Assembly: GCF_037042905.1 (NCBI RefSeq)
Contig: NC_087246.1
Coordinates: forward strand, 16,988,001 to 17,052,000
DNA length: 64,000 bases
DNA from: Lytechinus pictus
Lineage: Eukaryota
Direction of reading: 5' to 3'
In this document: positions 50,127 to 62,100 of the stretch, piece after piece
Layout: the number at the start of each line of letters is the position of its first letter
How positions within the stretch are numbered: the first letter of the stretch is position 1
The notes under the pieces: model-generated
Told to the model about the DNA's origin: nothing
Database searches by the model: none
What the model saw: only the letters and a program-made list of their open reading frames with translations
Translations under genes and position numbers: made by a program

Positions 50127-53100
50127 CTGTGGGCAATAAAGTAAGAAATTGTATTATTATTTTCTTTGAAATACAAATTGATACATCGCAAACATGAATG
50201 AATGATAATGGATGTAGAATAAACTAAGAAATTTTATTTGACTTTCTGACTTGTTTTGCATGAAGCTTTAAACAAATAATGTGTGAATTCATATCAATAA
50301 GTAGTTTGAAATAAAAAATACTGAGTGAGTCTCTGGCAAGTATTTGCTTGAAACCATTAATTTGTTGCATCAGGGAGACTGGGTGGTCCCTTCAAAAAAG
50401 CTTGTGGGAATTACAGAGTTCAGCAGACAATGCATCCAAAAATCATGACTGTACGTTTCACATATTTTTCTTGGAACATAACTTAATCTATCCAATCACT
50501 TAAATAGGTAATAGACCAAATGGTCAGACAAAAAAATGGTCATTAGACCAACTGCTATTAGTCGAAGTGACTCAAGACCAGTGAAGGTACTATCACCAGC
50601 TGGGAAGAATGATAGAACAACTATTATCTGCTGGGATAAGTGATATACAACTATTAACTGCTGGGATGAGCGTTAGTACAACTATTACCTAAATTACCTG
50701 CTGGGATGAGTGATAGTACAACTATTACCTGACTGGAATAAGGAATATTCCATTGATCATATTGAGGGTTTCAAGCACACTGCTCATGGATGGATGACTG
50801 ATAGGAATAGGACGTAGTGCTGCCTTAGGACCACCTCGTTTGATCTCATTCATCTGAAACGAAAAAGTAAGGATTCAATTACTTAAACTATTTTAGATAA
50901 TTCATTTTAAGAATATGTACTCAGAATATTAGATCTTATTAATCTTATGAGTACATATGACAATCGACTTTCTATGTATGTTTTTCGATTTAAACCTTGA
51001 GGGTTAAGGATTAATAAAAAAAGACATATTCCGGATAACTAATTAAAAGATTGAGTTTGCAGTGACATAGCAACACATCTGATTTATTGGATAATATGCT
51101 CTGTTCTAATTTTGAAAGCCCCCCCCCCCCATCCACCCCAGTAATGGCCATCACACCTTGCAATTTTTTCTAAACAAATAGAAGTACACTTACTGTTTTT
51201 TGAAGAGTAACGGCTTGTTGTGTGAGGTAACTCAGACATTCTGAACTCTCCTTTGTCTTCTCATGATTATCACCAAACTAGAGGAGATCAAAAGAAATGA
51301 GGAGGTAAAGATTCAGGCCTGTATTCTGAACTCTGGTTTAAATTAAACTCTGGTATTAAGTTGTGGTCTGTGGACACCCAATTGTGACACAAATATCTCA
51401 CAGTAAATGTTTTTTTATCACATTTTGTGATGAATTCATTCACTTTTTTTCTTCAAACAACAACTCAAGTATTTTTCTACACAAATCAAGCATTGGAAAA
51501 AAAAAACAGTAAAGATTTAAAAAAAATATTAAAAAATTGTAGGTATTTTCAGTATACAGATGATACATAGATGTGAGTGCATCGGTAGGTTTTGTGAGCA
51601 TAAGGGAACTATGGAACTGTTATGCGCTTTGTTGGTCTAGACTAGTTTCCATAGTTACCGCATGCTCACTAGTCCTACCAATGCACAAACAAACCTGTGT
51701 ATCATTTTGTTATATAGAATGGTGGAATATTTTGGCTAAAAATCAATTTTTTACAACCATGCATAAGTAATTACCGACGCATGGCGTGCCATGCATCTGG
51801 TAAATTTGTTATGCATAAGTAATTACTGGATGCATGGCTGGTCATGCATCCAGTAATTACTTATGCATGATACCTATTCTATAATTCCCCATAGAGCTCA
51901 GAATTATGGCCATTGAGATTCAAGTATAGAAGAACTAATTTCCAAGTTTCCTCAAAATGTTACCCCCCTTCCCCCACCCCCTGGGATTCTCTAAAAGAGT
52001 TTCAAAAGGTGGAATTCTCCAGAAGGCTCCCTGTAAAGGTTCCCCCTAATCTTGTGCAATAAATGATTTCAACAAATAATTCTAACCTGTTCGCGATAGA
52101 TAGTGTATGCATCCTTCTCATTTCGTAATGCTGAGCGGAAATCACCACAGCACGAATGCGTTCTTGCAACAAGGTGGTATCTGTTAGGGCAAAATTGAAA
52201 TGAGGAAATATATCTCAAACACTATTAAAATCAATAAGGATGCTAACAGAATCTTTGGAATTCAGATGTATGAATTAAATTGGTGTACTAAGACCTGAAA
52301 TGTCTTGGCGGAAAATTTGTTTCTTAAGTATATTGCAAATAAGAACATCTCACAGACAGAATTTCAAACCTAATATCTTCATGCAAGAATTTTTTTTTAT
52401 CTATGTTTTTGGCATAATATCTGTCTTCTATTAAATTGAAAATAAAAGAGGAAAGTTATTTGCTCCTAACTGAAAATATTCCAAACAGAATTGGTAAAAC
52501 TCAGTTATTAAGCATGAAAATGTATTAGCTTTAAAGCAAAGTAAAAACATTATCTTAAATAAACGGAGAAACCCTAATGAAATAAGTTTCTTACCTGTGT
52601 GCTGCCTTTAGACTCTTAGCTCCAAAGTACTTGATGTTTGTCTCCAATGCCTTCTCTAGAAACTTGAGAGCCAGCTCAAACTGATTAACACCATGAAGAA
52701 CTAGACCAATATTACTCTGCAAAAATATTCATTAAAAATAAGAAATATGTAACGTATGTAGATAACTGACAAGGAAAAGCAGTGTTGGGACCAAAGACAA
52801 ATAAACGCATGAAAGGAAAGGCTGTTCCTTCAGCTCTGTGCAGTTGTTGTTGTACGTGCAACACACTGACTGGGGTTACCAATCATCAAGCAGTATTCCT
52901 TTCTATCCAACCAAATCTAAATAAATATGTTAAAAGAATTTATGTATACACATGGCAATGAGATACAGAAGTTCTCAAAATACATTTAGAAATTTGAAAT
53001 TTACATCTTGAAAATTTAATTTCACAGCAGAATGTGCCATTGAATGATTCACAGGGGAAAAAACCAGATAATTGCAAGACAAAAGACATTCTTTTCTTGT

Positions 53101-56100
53101 TAAGAGCATACCACATTATTATCTATCACTCCCATCCACTTCCAAATGATTTGTATTTATATATCATTACAGTCTTTACAGCACACAAGCACATTTCAAT
53201 ATTAGATTTGTGTTTGTTTTAAAAATTCTTTGGTTTGATAAGAGTATATTCTGATTAAACTCACATCGAAGAGAGCCATTTCAGGATGATCCTCGCCGTG
53301 GATAAGAAGCGTTAGATAACGAGCCCTGTACATCAGCTTGAGGGCGCTCACTGCCTGGCCCGCTGCAAACCTGTAGAGGGCCAGATGCATCTGTACAGAA
53401 AAGAAAACATGCCTCATGGTTTGAATTTTTACAATCAAATTCAAGGGACTGTTTTTATAAACAGCAAATTATCTCATCCTACAGGGTTCAATGTAAAAGA
53501 AGAGTACCTGTATATTACTCCACAGTGGCTGTTCGCATAAAAAATACATGTCTTGGTAACCATAATAGACTGAACAGAACAGTTTTTATACAATTACTGT
53601 GTAAATGATAAGATATGATTTAAGAAATGGAGACCTAGAATGGATTCAATGTGACAGGGGGGCATTTCAGAAAGCTATTAGTAAATTATGCAAATTTTTA
53701 TATACAAATAGTGACCGTTTCTTGTGCTACATGCATACCACAAATGTTCCTTGCAATTCTCATGAAATTTTGATAAACAATATTTACATTCTAATGCTTG
53801 TTATTTCAACAAGAAATTTTGAATTTTTAAATTGAGCACTAATCTTGCGCAAGAAAAGGCCATAAGACATGTGAAAAACTGTACATAACTTAGTTTTATG
53901 AAACCCAACCCAATCCCTTAGGCAGTGAACATGGAGAAAAGAAAAACATGACAATAACTCACATATTCTGTGATGGTGTTTGGATGATCAAGACCGTTAC
54001 ACCTCTCGCTCATCATGACTGCCTTGTGTTGCATCTCAATGGCTTCACTCTGCTCACCCATCAGGTAGTGTAGTCTGGCCAAGGTTCGCATGCAGGCTGC
54101 AATCTCTGGGTGCATAGGTCCATATACATTGTTGAAGAGGTTCAGAGCTTCGCTGATCAGCTCAAAGCCTTCACGGAAGCAGCCTGGTGAGAAAAGGAAT
54201 CAAGAATGCAAATTGAGCCTTGTTGAGACATGACACAATGCTAAATCTCATAAAATGTAGGACATGAATATTCAGATTGCTCACTTACCAGTATATCAAT
54301 ACGTATTTATAAGAAAATCGAGAACCTATATTCAATCTTTACTGAAACTTCATGTGTTCTTGACAAGGTTCCATAACATTTGCTCTGGCGTCAATTGCTC
54401 CATTATAAATTCCACACTGTTCAAATGACCAACTTCAACCCTGGACTAAACTCTATACCCTACCGTAAACCCAACATAAAACCCTATTGCAACCCTACAT
54501 CTTACACAAAACAAAGACCTAAGCAAATGTCGCAGGAGCACATGTCATGTCACCCTTTACACGGCCATTTTTCCAGCAACCTACCTTGCTGTATCTTGGT
54601 CTGTCCACTCTGGAAGAAGTGATAGGCGTCCGATGCGGTAGGATTGATGTGTTTGACCTTTGGGAACATGTTTAGGATGTCATTCTCATTGAAGGGCGGC
54701 TTGTTTTTGGAGTCCAGTTCGTAATCTCTCAAGAGTAGCTGGACACCAAGCTTGGAGCAGAACTCCCTGAGAAGGGTCATCTTCTGAAGGTTGTAACGCT
54801 CTGTGACGGAGTCTATGCTTTCACTGTAGGATAAAACAAGAGATGCTGTGGTTCAATTGACAATTCCTTGGATCCCAAACCATAGGGTTCAAACCCCATT
54901 GCAGCACCACAATCCACTAGTAATTTATTAACCCACGGAGGTTGTGTCTAAATTTATATAGTTTCTCTTAATCCTGGTAATTAGCAATTACATATGGAAT
55001 ATCATAGGCAAGGCTCGACATCACCTCGGGCAACCATTAATGAAAAAATATTAAGTTATGGTGGCCCGAATCGGGCAACCAATAATTTTCAGAATAGCGC
55101 AATTTTTCTCCCCATTTTGCACGCATTTATCAACTTTCTACAATTCAAATTGCAAGCCAGTTCGTCGTGCGCCCTTTTTGTTGATCTACACACAAACACA
55201 CACACAAAGTTGACCTACCGCTATAGCATTAAGTAGCTTTTATCCAGCCGGCTGCGCCGGCCGGCTGGCGTGAGCTTTGCATGCTTGAAGCAGCTGTGCG
55301 TTAGCTGCTTACTCAGACTCAGGGAGCTGCGATACGAAATGTTGCTGCTAAGAAATCTTCCACAGAACTATGAAAATCCAAGTCAAAGTCACATTTTACA
55401 CCAATGAAATGCCCTTCTACAGACCTTTTTGCTAAAATCTGGTGTATCCTGATTATTTGCAAGCATTAAAAAGAGGAATCATGACCTTTCTTTTGACTCA
55501 AAAAGACCGATTTCCAAATGAAAATGATATACATAAAAACACATAGGTGAGTACATCACAGTCCCACATGTGCATTTGTATGTTTTTACTTGGTTTCTTT
55601 CGAAGCTGTGTCTTTCCGGTCTTTTCTAGCCAAAAATAAACAGACAGTTACTTTCTTTCTTGTTTATAAATGATTTCTTAAACAACTCTTGAGAAAGAAA
55701 ACACTTTGGGAAGGCATTTCATTAATATGAAATGTGAATTTTTCCAACATTTTGGCAAATTTAGGGAAGGAATTTTCTCACACTTTTTTTTGCTGTTTTA
55801 TTTTCTTTCATTTTTTTTTACAGTGGTTAAACCATTTATACCCATTTATTCATTTTTAATGTTTTTCTTTATATTTTTCGGGCCACCAAACTTTAATATC
55901 GGGCCACCAAAAAAAATTATTCAAAGATTTTGGTGGCCCGAACGGGCCACCACCAAAAAAAGTTAATGTGGAGCCTTGTCATAGGAAAGAGGAGAATCAA
56001 GACCATTTCCAGTGCATGTTGTGGTGCAGTCATTTAACAAATGTTGATTTAACTTCAAGCTTATTATTACACACAATGAATTGGCAATGTAACAGACACA

Positions 56101-59100
56101 AGAAGATTACTGTGTGTACAAACATTCAATATTAAACTAGTTGATAGGAAAATACACTGTATTCAATATCAGAACATTGAAAACAATTGCTAGGCCATCT
56201 TAAAAACACATCTTAGATGTAATTGTACCAATTGCCAATGCAACAGAAATAACTAGATCACTGTGCAAATACCCTCTGTATAAGACTAGTTGATAGCAGG
56301 TAATCAATATCAGAGGGATAACCATCTTGAAAACCAATCTTAGATGTAACTTGTTTTCATGACCTCAAATCAACCATAATATACCACAGCTACTTTGAAC
56401 CAACTCAAGACACAATACTAAAAAGAGTGTTCATGGATTTCCATATAATCTTAATATATATACCTACCAAAAAGATAATAGATGTAATTTCCGCTTCTCT
56501 TTAAAAAATCAATATTATACCACAACATTTACAAAGAATAAAAATAATCTCAGTGTACTTCCAAGCATTCCTGGATTTTCAATAAAGATCAAATTAATAT
56601 CCAATATTCAAACTAAAATTCATAATATATTTCAAAATATTTGTGAAAGGGTATATGTATCAAGACTACCTTACTGCACATAGCCTCATGACAGTGTATT
56701 CACTGTAGGCAAGAGCTACATGGAGTTTGATTACCCTTCAAAAGAAATAAGTATCCTGCTTACCATTTAACCTTATAATGGAAGTATTCCTTGCATTCAA
56801 CCTTGATACTGCTCCACAGGTCTGAGGGGGTGAGACTACTCCATGATGTGTTTTCTATTTCATAAAGAAAACACATAAATGATTAATGAAAAACGAGTAG
56901 GAACTTACACACAAATAAAGAAAATCAAAATTAACTATTGGTTAGCATATGTATCCACTTCCAAAATCTTCCAAAGGACAACTTCACTACATCAAACTGT
57001 TTATTATATGAAAGTTACCAATTTTTTAATAATTTATTTTTTAGACCAAATATACTATGTCGTGTTCATGGCTTTGAAATTATGCATATTTTCCATACCC
57101 CCATCTTTTCAGATATTAAAAAAACTAAATTTTTTAGGGATAAACCATTAAAATTAATTAGATAAAAAGAAAATTCAATACCTTGTTTTTCTTGGAAATG
57201 ACTTTGAACTATCTGTATAATCTATATTGCTGTGATAGTACATACCTTGTCCAAGTGAAAGAACATATCGTATCCTCTTCTTATTCTTCTTCTTCTTGTG
57301 ATGACCATTACTCAACTACAGTCAACAAAATGAAAAGTGATAAGGAATGGTCTTGATTAAACATGTTTTGGGGTCTTAAAGGTCCTATGACACAAAAACC
57401 ATCTTATTTTGGATATATATCTATTCTTGGGTAGTTTTACTTGAAAAATACGAATTTGCCATCGGTGACTGTGTATGACGAACCGGTGTTTTGGGTATTT
57501 CATGGGACGAACTTCAACAGGAACGCCCACTAAAATTTTCGAAAAAGTTGGTCGATCGACCTGTCAATCATTGTGACGTCATCAAAAGAAAGATTTCTCA
57601 GCTATGCAGCCGGACCCCCTAGTTATTGCACATGTTTCTCGTGTAGTTGCTGTTTCGACCGAGCTCATCCTTAACGGATTTTTAAAGATATTTATGAGGT
57701 TTTGATCATGGCTGCAGCATCGTCATAAGCTGCGTCTGATATTCTTCAGACTTTGAAGATTCAGGTTCTGAATATTATTCCAGCAATTCAATTTATTTAC
57801 TTTGAATTCACACGTGCAACCACAATAGGCACTTCACGCTCCAAACGTCAGCAACACTCAACAGATTCTTCCCCTGACGAAAACCAAATTGGGCTGAATT
57901 TTTTGTGGGCGTGGCGAATTTGGCTCAATTTTCAATATAAAACTGCCTTTGAACCTAATGTGGGATGTTTTTCGGGTAAAATTTTGATGGAATCATTATT
58001 AGTAACCACTAAGCTAATGAATAAACCAGCATCTTTGCTGTATTTCATAGGACCTGGATATACATGGATTATTGGTTGGGTACAAGAGAGGTGAGGTGGA
58101 GGAAAAAAAGGAACCCAAAGGTATGTGTATATAGACGGTAAATCAATCTTAAAAATAGTATATCATAAGTCCTGAAAAAGTTCATGAACCATGCAGATGA
58201 ATAAAAATAATAAAGGCTAGAAGAATTATACTATAAAATCTTTAACAATGACTTTGTGATTCAATACACATTGTTATTGACTAGATGTGAAATGGAAGAA
58301 TATTTTAACATTGAATACTGGAAGAGGGAAATATTACCTACAACCTGGGAATGAACTACATAAACAGGAAAGAAAATGCCCCATAAGAGGTTCAGTTTCT
58401 TACCTCATCATCTCCTTTCGGTGGAAGTGGGTTTGGTAGGGATGACAAGAAACAATTGAGGAAATGACTGATGGCAGCAGATAGGCTCGTCATCGGGATG
58501 CCTTGCATGAATGCTTTGAAAACATGCTTCACTGACCGACATATCAACTCAGTGATAATAATACGCTGTGAAGGAATGTGAAGTATTATCCATCTTTATT
58601 CAATAATAAAAAGTTATATAAATTGTTGGTTTAACTGTAAATTTTTGGCTTAACACTTTCAGCCCTACTACTAAATAAAAGTATTCTGTTTCAGCTTGTC
58701 TCTCATTACAAAATACAAATGAATAACATTAACATAACATTGGCCTGCCTGTTGAATAAACTTGTGATTACACCTAACTACTTAAAATCAAACACAAACC
58801 ATTGACTGTCACTTTAGATTCATAGAATATCACATTGTGATTTATTTTCCTGAATTATGATTAAATGTACACATTATGTAACAGATTCAAGGGTCACGCT
58901 AAACTTGAGATTGATATAATTTCCCATCTTTTAACTACACAATTTAAGACCAACCTCAGTTTAAAGTTGATCTGAATATATTGCAACACTGTGTAAGACG
59001 GCCCCCTGTATATTACCTGCCCAAAGCATATGGATTTCGTTATACTCACATAGAGGTAGGAGAGGTTTTCACAGGTGACTACCTTCTCTGCTAAAACACC

Positions 59101-62100
59101 CATGTAGCGAATGTTGATGCCTCTGCAAGTTAAATCATAGAAAATCTAATGGTAGAGTATTCATCATATTGAAGCCTGTCTTTAGCTTTCATAAATCCCC
59201 CTAAATGCATCTATCAATATTCTAATCCATTACTAGATAATATGAATGTATATGCCCTAAAACAGTTAATCTGTGAAGGATATGAAATAAAATAAGTTTT
59301 CCAGATAAATTTGGTGAATTTACAAGGTCACTTTTTGGAGCCGATCTTGCCCTAAAATGACCAGGGTCATAACAAGGCATTCTTTTTTATTTATTTATTT
59401 GAAATCCATAAATCAGATTTATTATCGATGGTTACTTCCATAAAAACTTTGATTTTGATGAGCTATTGAGTGATGTTTTCATAATCACATCATCCACTAA
59501 ACACAGGAGTAATGCCAAAAATTTGTTCACAAATTATTATTACCTCCTATTAAAGCCTCTTTATTTACCACATCATCCTGGTTTTGTATTTCATTCTCCT
59601 TTGTAATGAGAAATAGGACTTTACTAGAGTAATGAAGTAATTTCAAGTTAGAAAAGTGTTCTTTTGACATTACTTTTTAATGATGTGAAATAAACCAGAG
59701 AAAATTTCTGACTTAGTGAAGTCACCAATGCAAGGTCAACTTATAATTTGTTTTGCATAATTCAGGGTGCTACGTAACTTTTTTGAAGCACTTGCCCAGT
59801 GGGGCAAGTAAATTTTCAAATAGTTGGAAAATACTTGCCCGAATATAGATTTCACTTGCCCAAAAAAATCCTTCAAAACAAAGTTTTATTGCTTCAAAAC
59901 AAGTTATAGCCTTATAGTTTTACATACCATACCACTGACGGCTTTAAAAATAAATTTTTCAACATGACTACTGATGTACCTTGTAGTTGTATTTCTTTTT
60001 TTTTAATGATTTTTATCTTGAACATGACAAAATATATGGTAAATATGCTCTTTAATTAGTTTCCTAATCTCATATATTTTCCATATATTTTGGAGGGGAC
60101 TAGGACACACAATAAAAAAAGGGGAAATCACTGAAAATAACCAGAGAAAAAAAATAAGAAAGGGGGAGAGAATGAAAGAAAAAAAGTAAGAAGAAAGATA
60201 GAAAGGAAGAAGAAATAAATAAAGAAAGAGAGAGAATGGCTGCGGGGAAGAGAAAGATGGAAAGAAAGAAAGAAAGGAAGAAAGAAGGGAGAGGAGGAGG
60301 GAAAGAAAAAAGAAAGAAAAAAAAAATAGAAAAAAATGAGAGGAAGAGAAAGGAAGGAAAGAAAGGAATTAATAAAAGGAAAAAAAGAAAGAAAAAAGGT
60401 AAACAGAAAGGAAGGAAAAGGGAAAGAAAGAAAACGAGAGAAAGGAAAGGAAGAAAGGAAGAAAGAAAAGGTATAAAGATAGATGGAAGGAAGGAAAAAA
60501 AAGAAAAAAAGAAAAGATAGATACAACAAAAGACAGAATGAAATGAAGGAAGGAATGAAGGAAAGAGATGAAGGCAGAAAGAAAAAATAAGGAAGAAAAG
60601 AAAGGATGGATGGAAAAAAAAGAAAGATCAAAAGAACAAAAGACCAAAAAAAAGAAAATCAGAAAGAAAGAAGGAAAGAAGAAAGAAAGAAGGAAGGAAA
60701 GAAAAAAAAAAAAAAAAAAAACTGAGGGGAAGAGAAAGGAANNNNNNNNNNNNNNNNNNNNNNNNNNNNNNNNNNNNNNNNNNNNNNNNNNNNNNNNNNN
60801 NNNNNNNNNNNNNNNNNNNNNNNNNNNNNNNNNNNNNNNNNNNNNNNNNNNNNNNNNNNNNNNNNNNNNNNNNNNNNNNNNNNNNNNNNNNNNNNNNNNN
60901 NNNNNATAGATGGAAGGAAGGAAAAAAAGATAGAATGAAAGACAGAAAGAAATGAAGGAAGGAATGAAGGAAAGAGATGAAGGAAGGCGGAAAGAAAAAA
61001 TAAGGAAGAAAAGAAAGGATGGATGGAAAAAAGAAAGATCAAAAGAACGAAAGACAAAAATAAAGAAAAACAGAAAGAAAGAAAGAAAGAAAGAAGGAAA
61101 GAAAGGAGAAAGAAAGAATGAAAGACCAAAAGAAAGGAAGGAATGAAGGAAAGAAATAAAGAAAGAAATGAAAGAATGAAAGGGATGAAGAAAGTAAGGA
61201 AGAAAAAAGACAGGAAGAAACGGTAAAGAATGGATGGACGGAAGGAAGACAGTAAGAAAGAATGAAAGGAAGGGGAAAATGAAGGAAGGATTAAAGAAAT
61301 AGGTAAACAAAGGTTGGATGGAAGGAAGAAAGAAAAGAATGACAAAAAGAAAGACAGCTATAGTAACAGAAAAAATGAACAAAAGAAGGAAGGAAATTTA
61401 AAGAAATAAAGAGAGATTCAAAAGAAGGAAAGATAGGCAGAAAGAAAGAAAATAGAGGAAGAAAGCTCAAACTATCCAGTCATAAATAAAGAAGAAAATT
61501 TATCAATTTCCTTGGCTAAAAAAAATGGTTACGAAAGAAATCACGTTTATCAACATACACACAAATGCATATGTGGGACTGTCAAACAATGTATTTCAGT
61601 GTGTGCGATACAGACGATCATTCGAAACCCGATCTTTTTGAAGCATAACAGAAGTGAAAATTTCTCCTTTTACTGCTTACAAAGGACAGAGCTACCACCA
61701 ATTTTTAGGAAATATGGACACTACAAGAATTTTCATTGACAAGAAATGTGAATTTTGACAGTTCTGAGGGAGATTTCTTCCTGAGCAAACTTCGTTCGTG
61801 CAGCACCGTACTCCGTATGCATCGGCTGCGTGGACTATGCGCTAGCTAGCTAGGTATGCTAGACTGCCATTGATTCTGTGTGTGTACGTCTCTGAGCTGT
61901 GTGTTTATTGCAGAAAATGGCGCAAATTTTGCAATTCGAAAGAAGAAATTAATGATATTGCTTTTTTGTCTCTTTTTCGTTTCTATATTTTGATGGTTAA
62001 ATATGGGGAATCTTTCTAAAATATAATTTCCATAGGAGAATTTTGCTTGCCCGATTCGGGCAAGCAGTTTTTGTCTTTGCTTCAAAACACTTGCCCGACT

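Noticed and set aside
53385-53396. CLUH acceptor reading UACAG|AUG, resembling a METTL16-sensitive splice site
   Set aside because: Only UACAGA matches and I see no convincing enclosing stem
60128-61382. Long ORFs of 94-337 aa (Phe/Leu/Ser-rich or Lys/Arg/Glu-rich)
   Set aside because: Products of the GA-rich low-complexity tract and the N gap; no domain content
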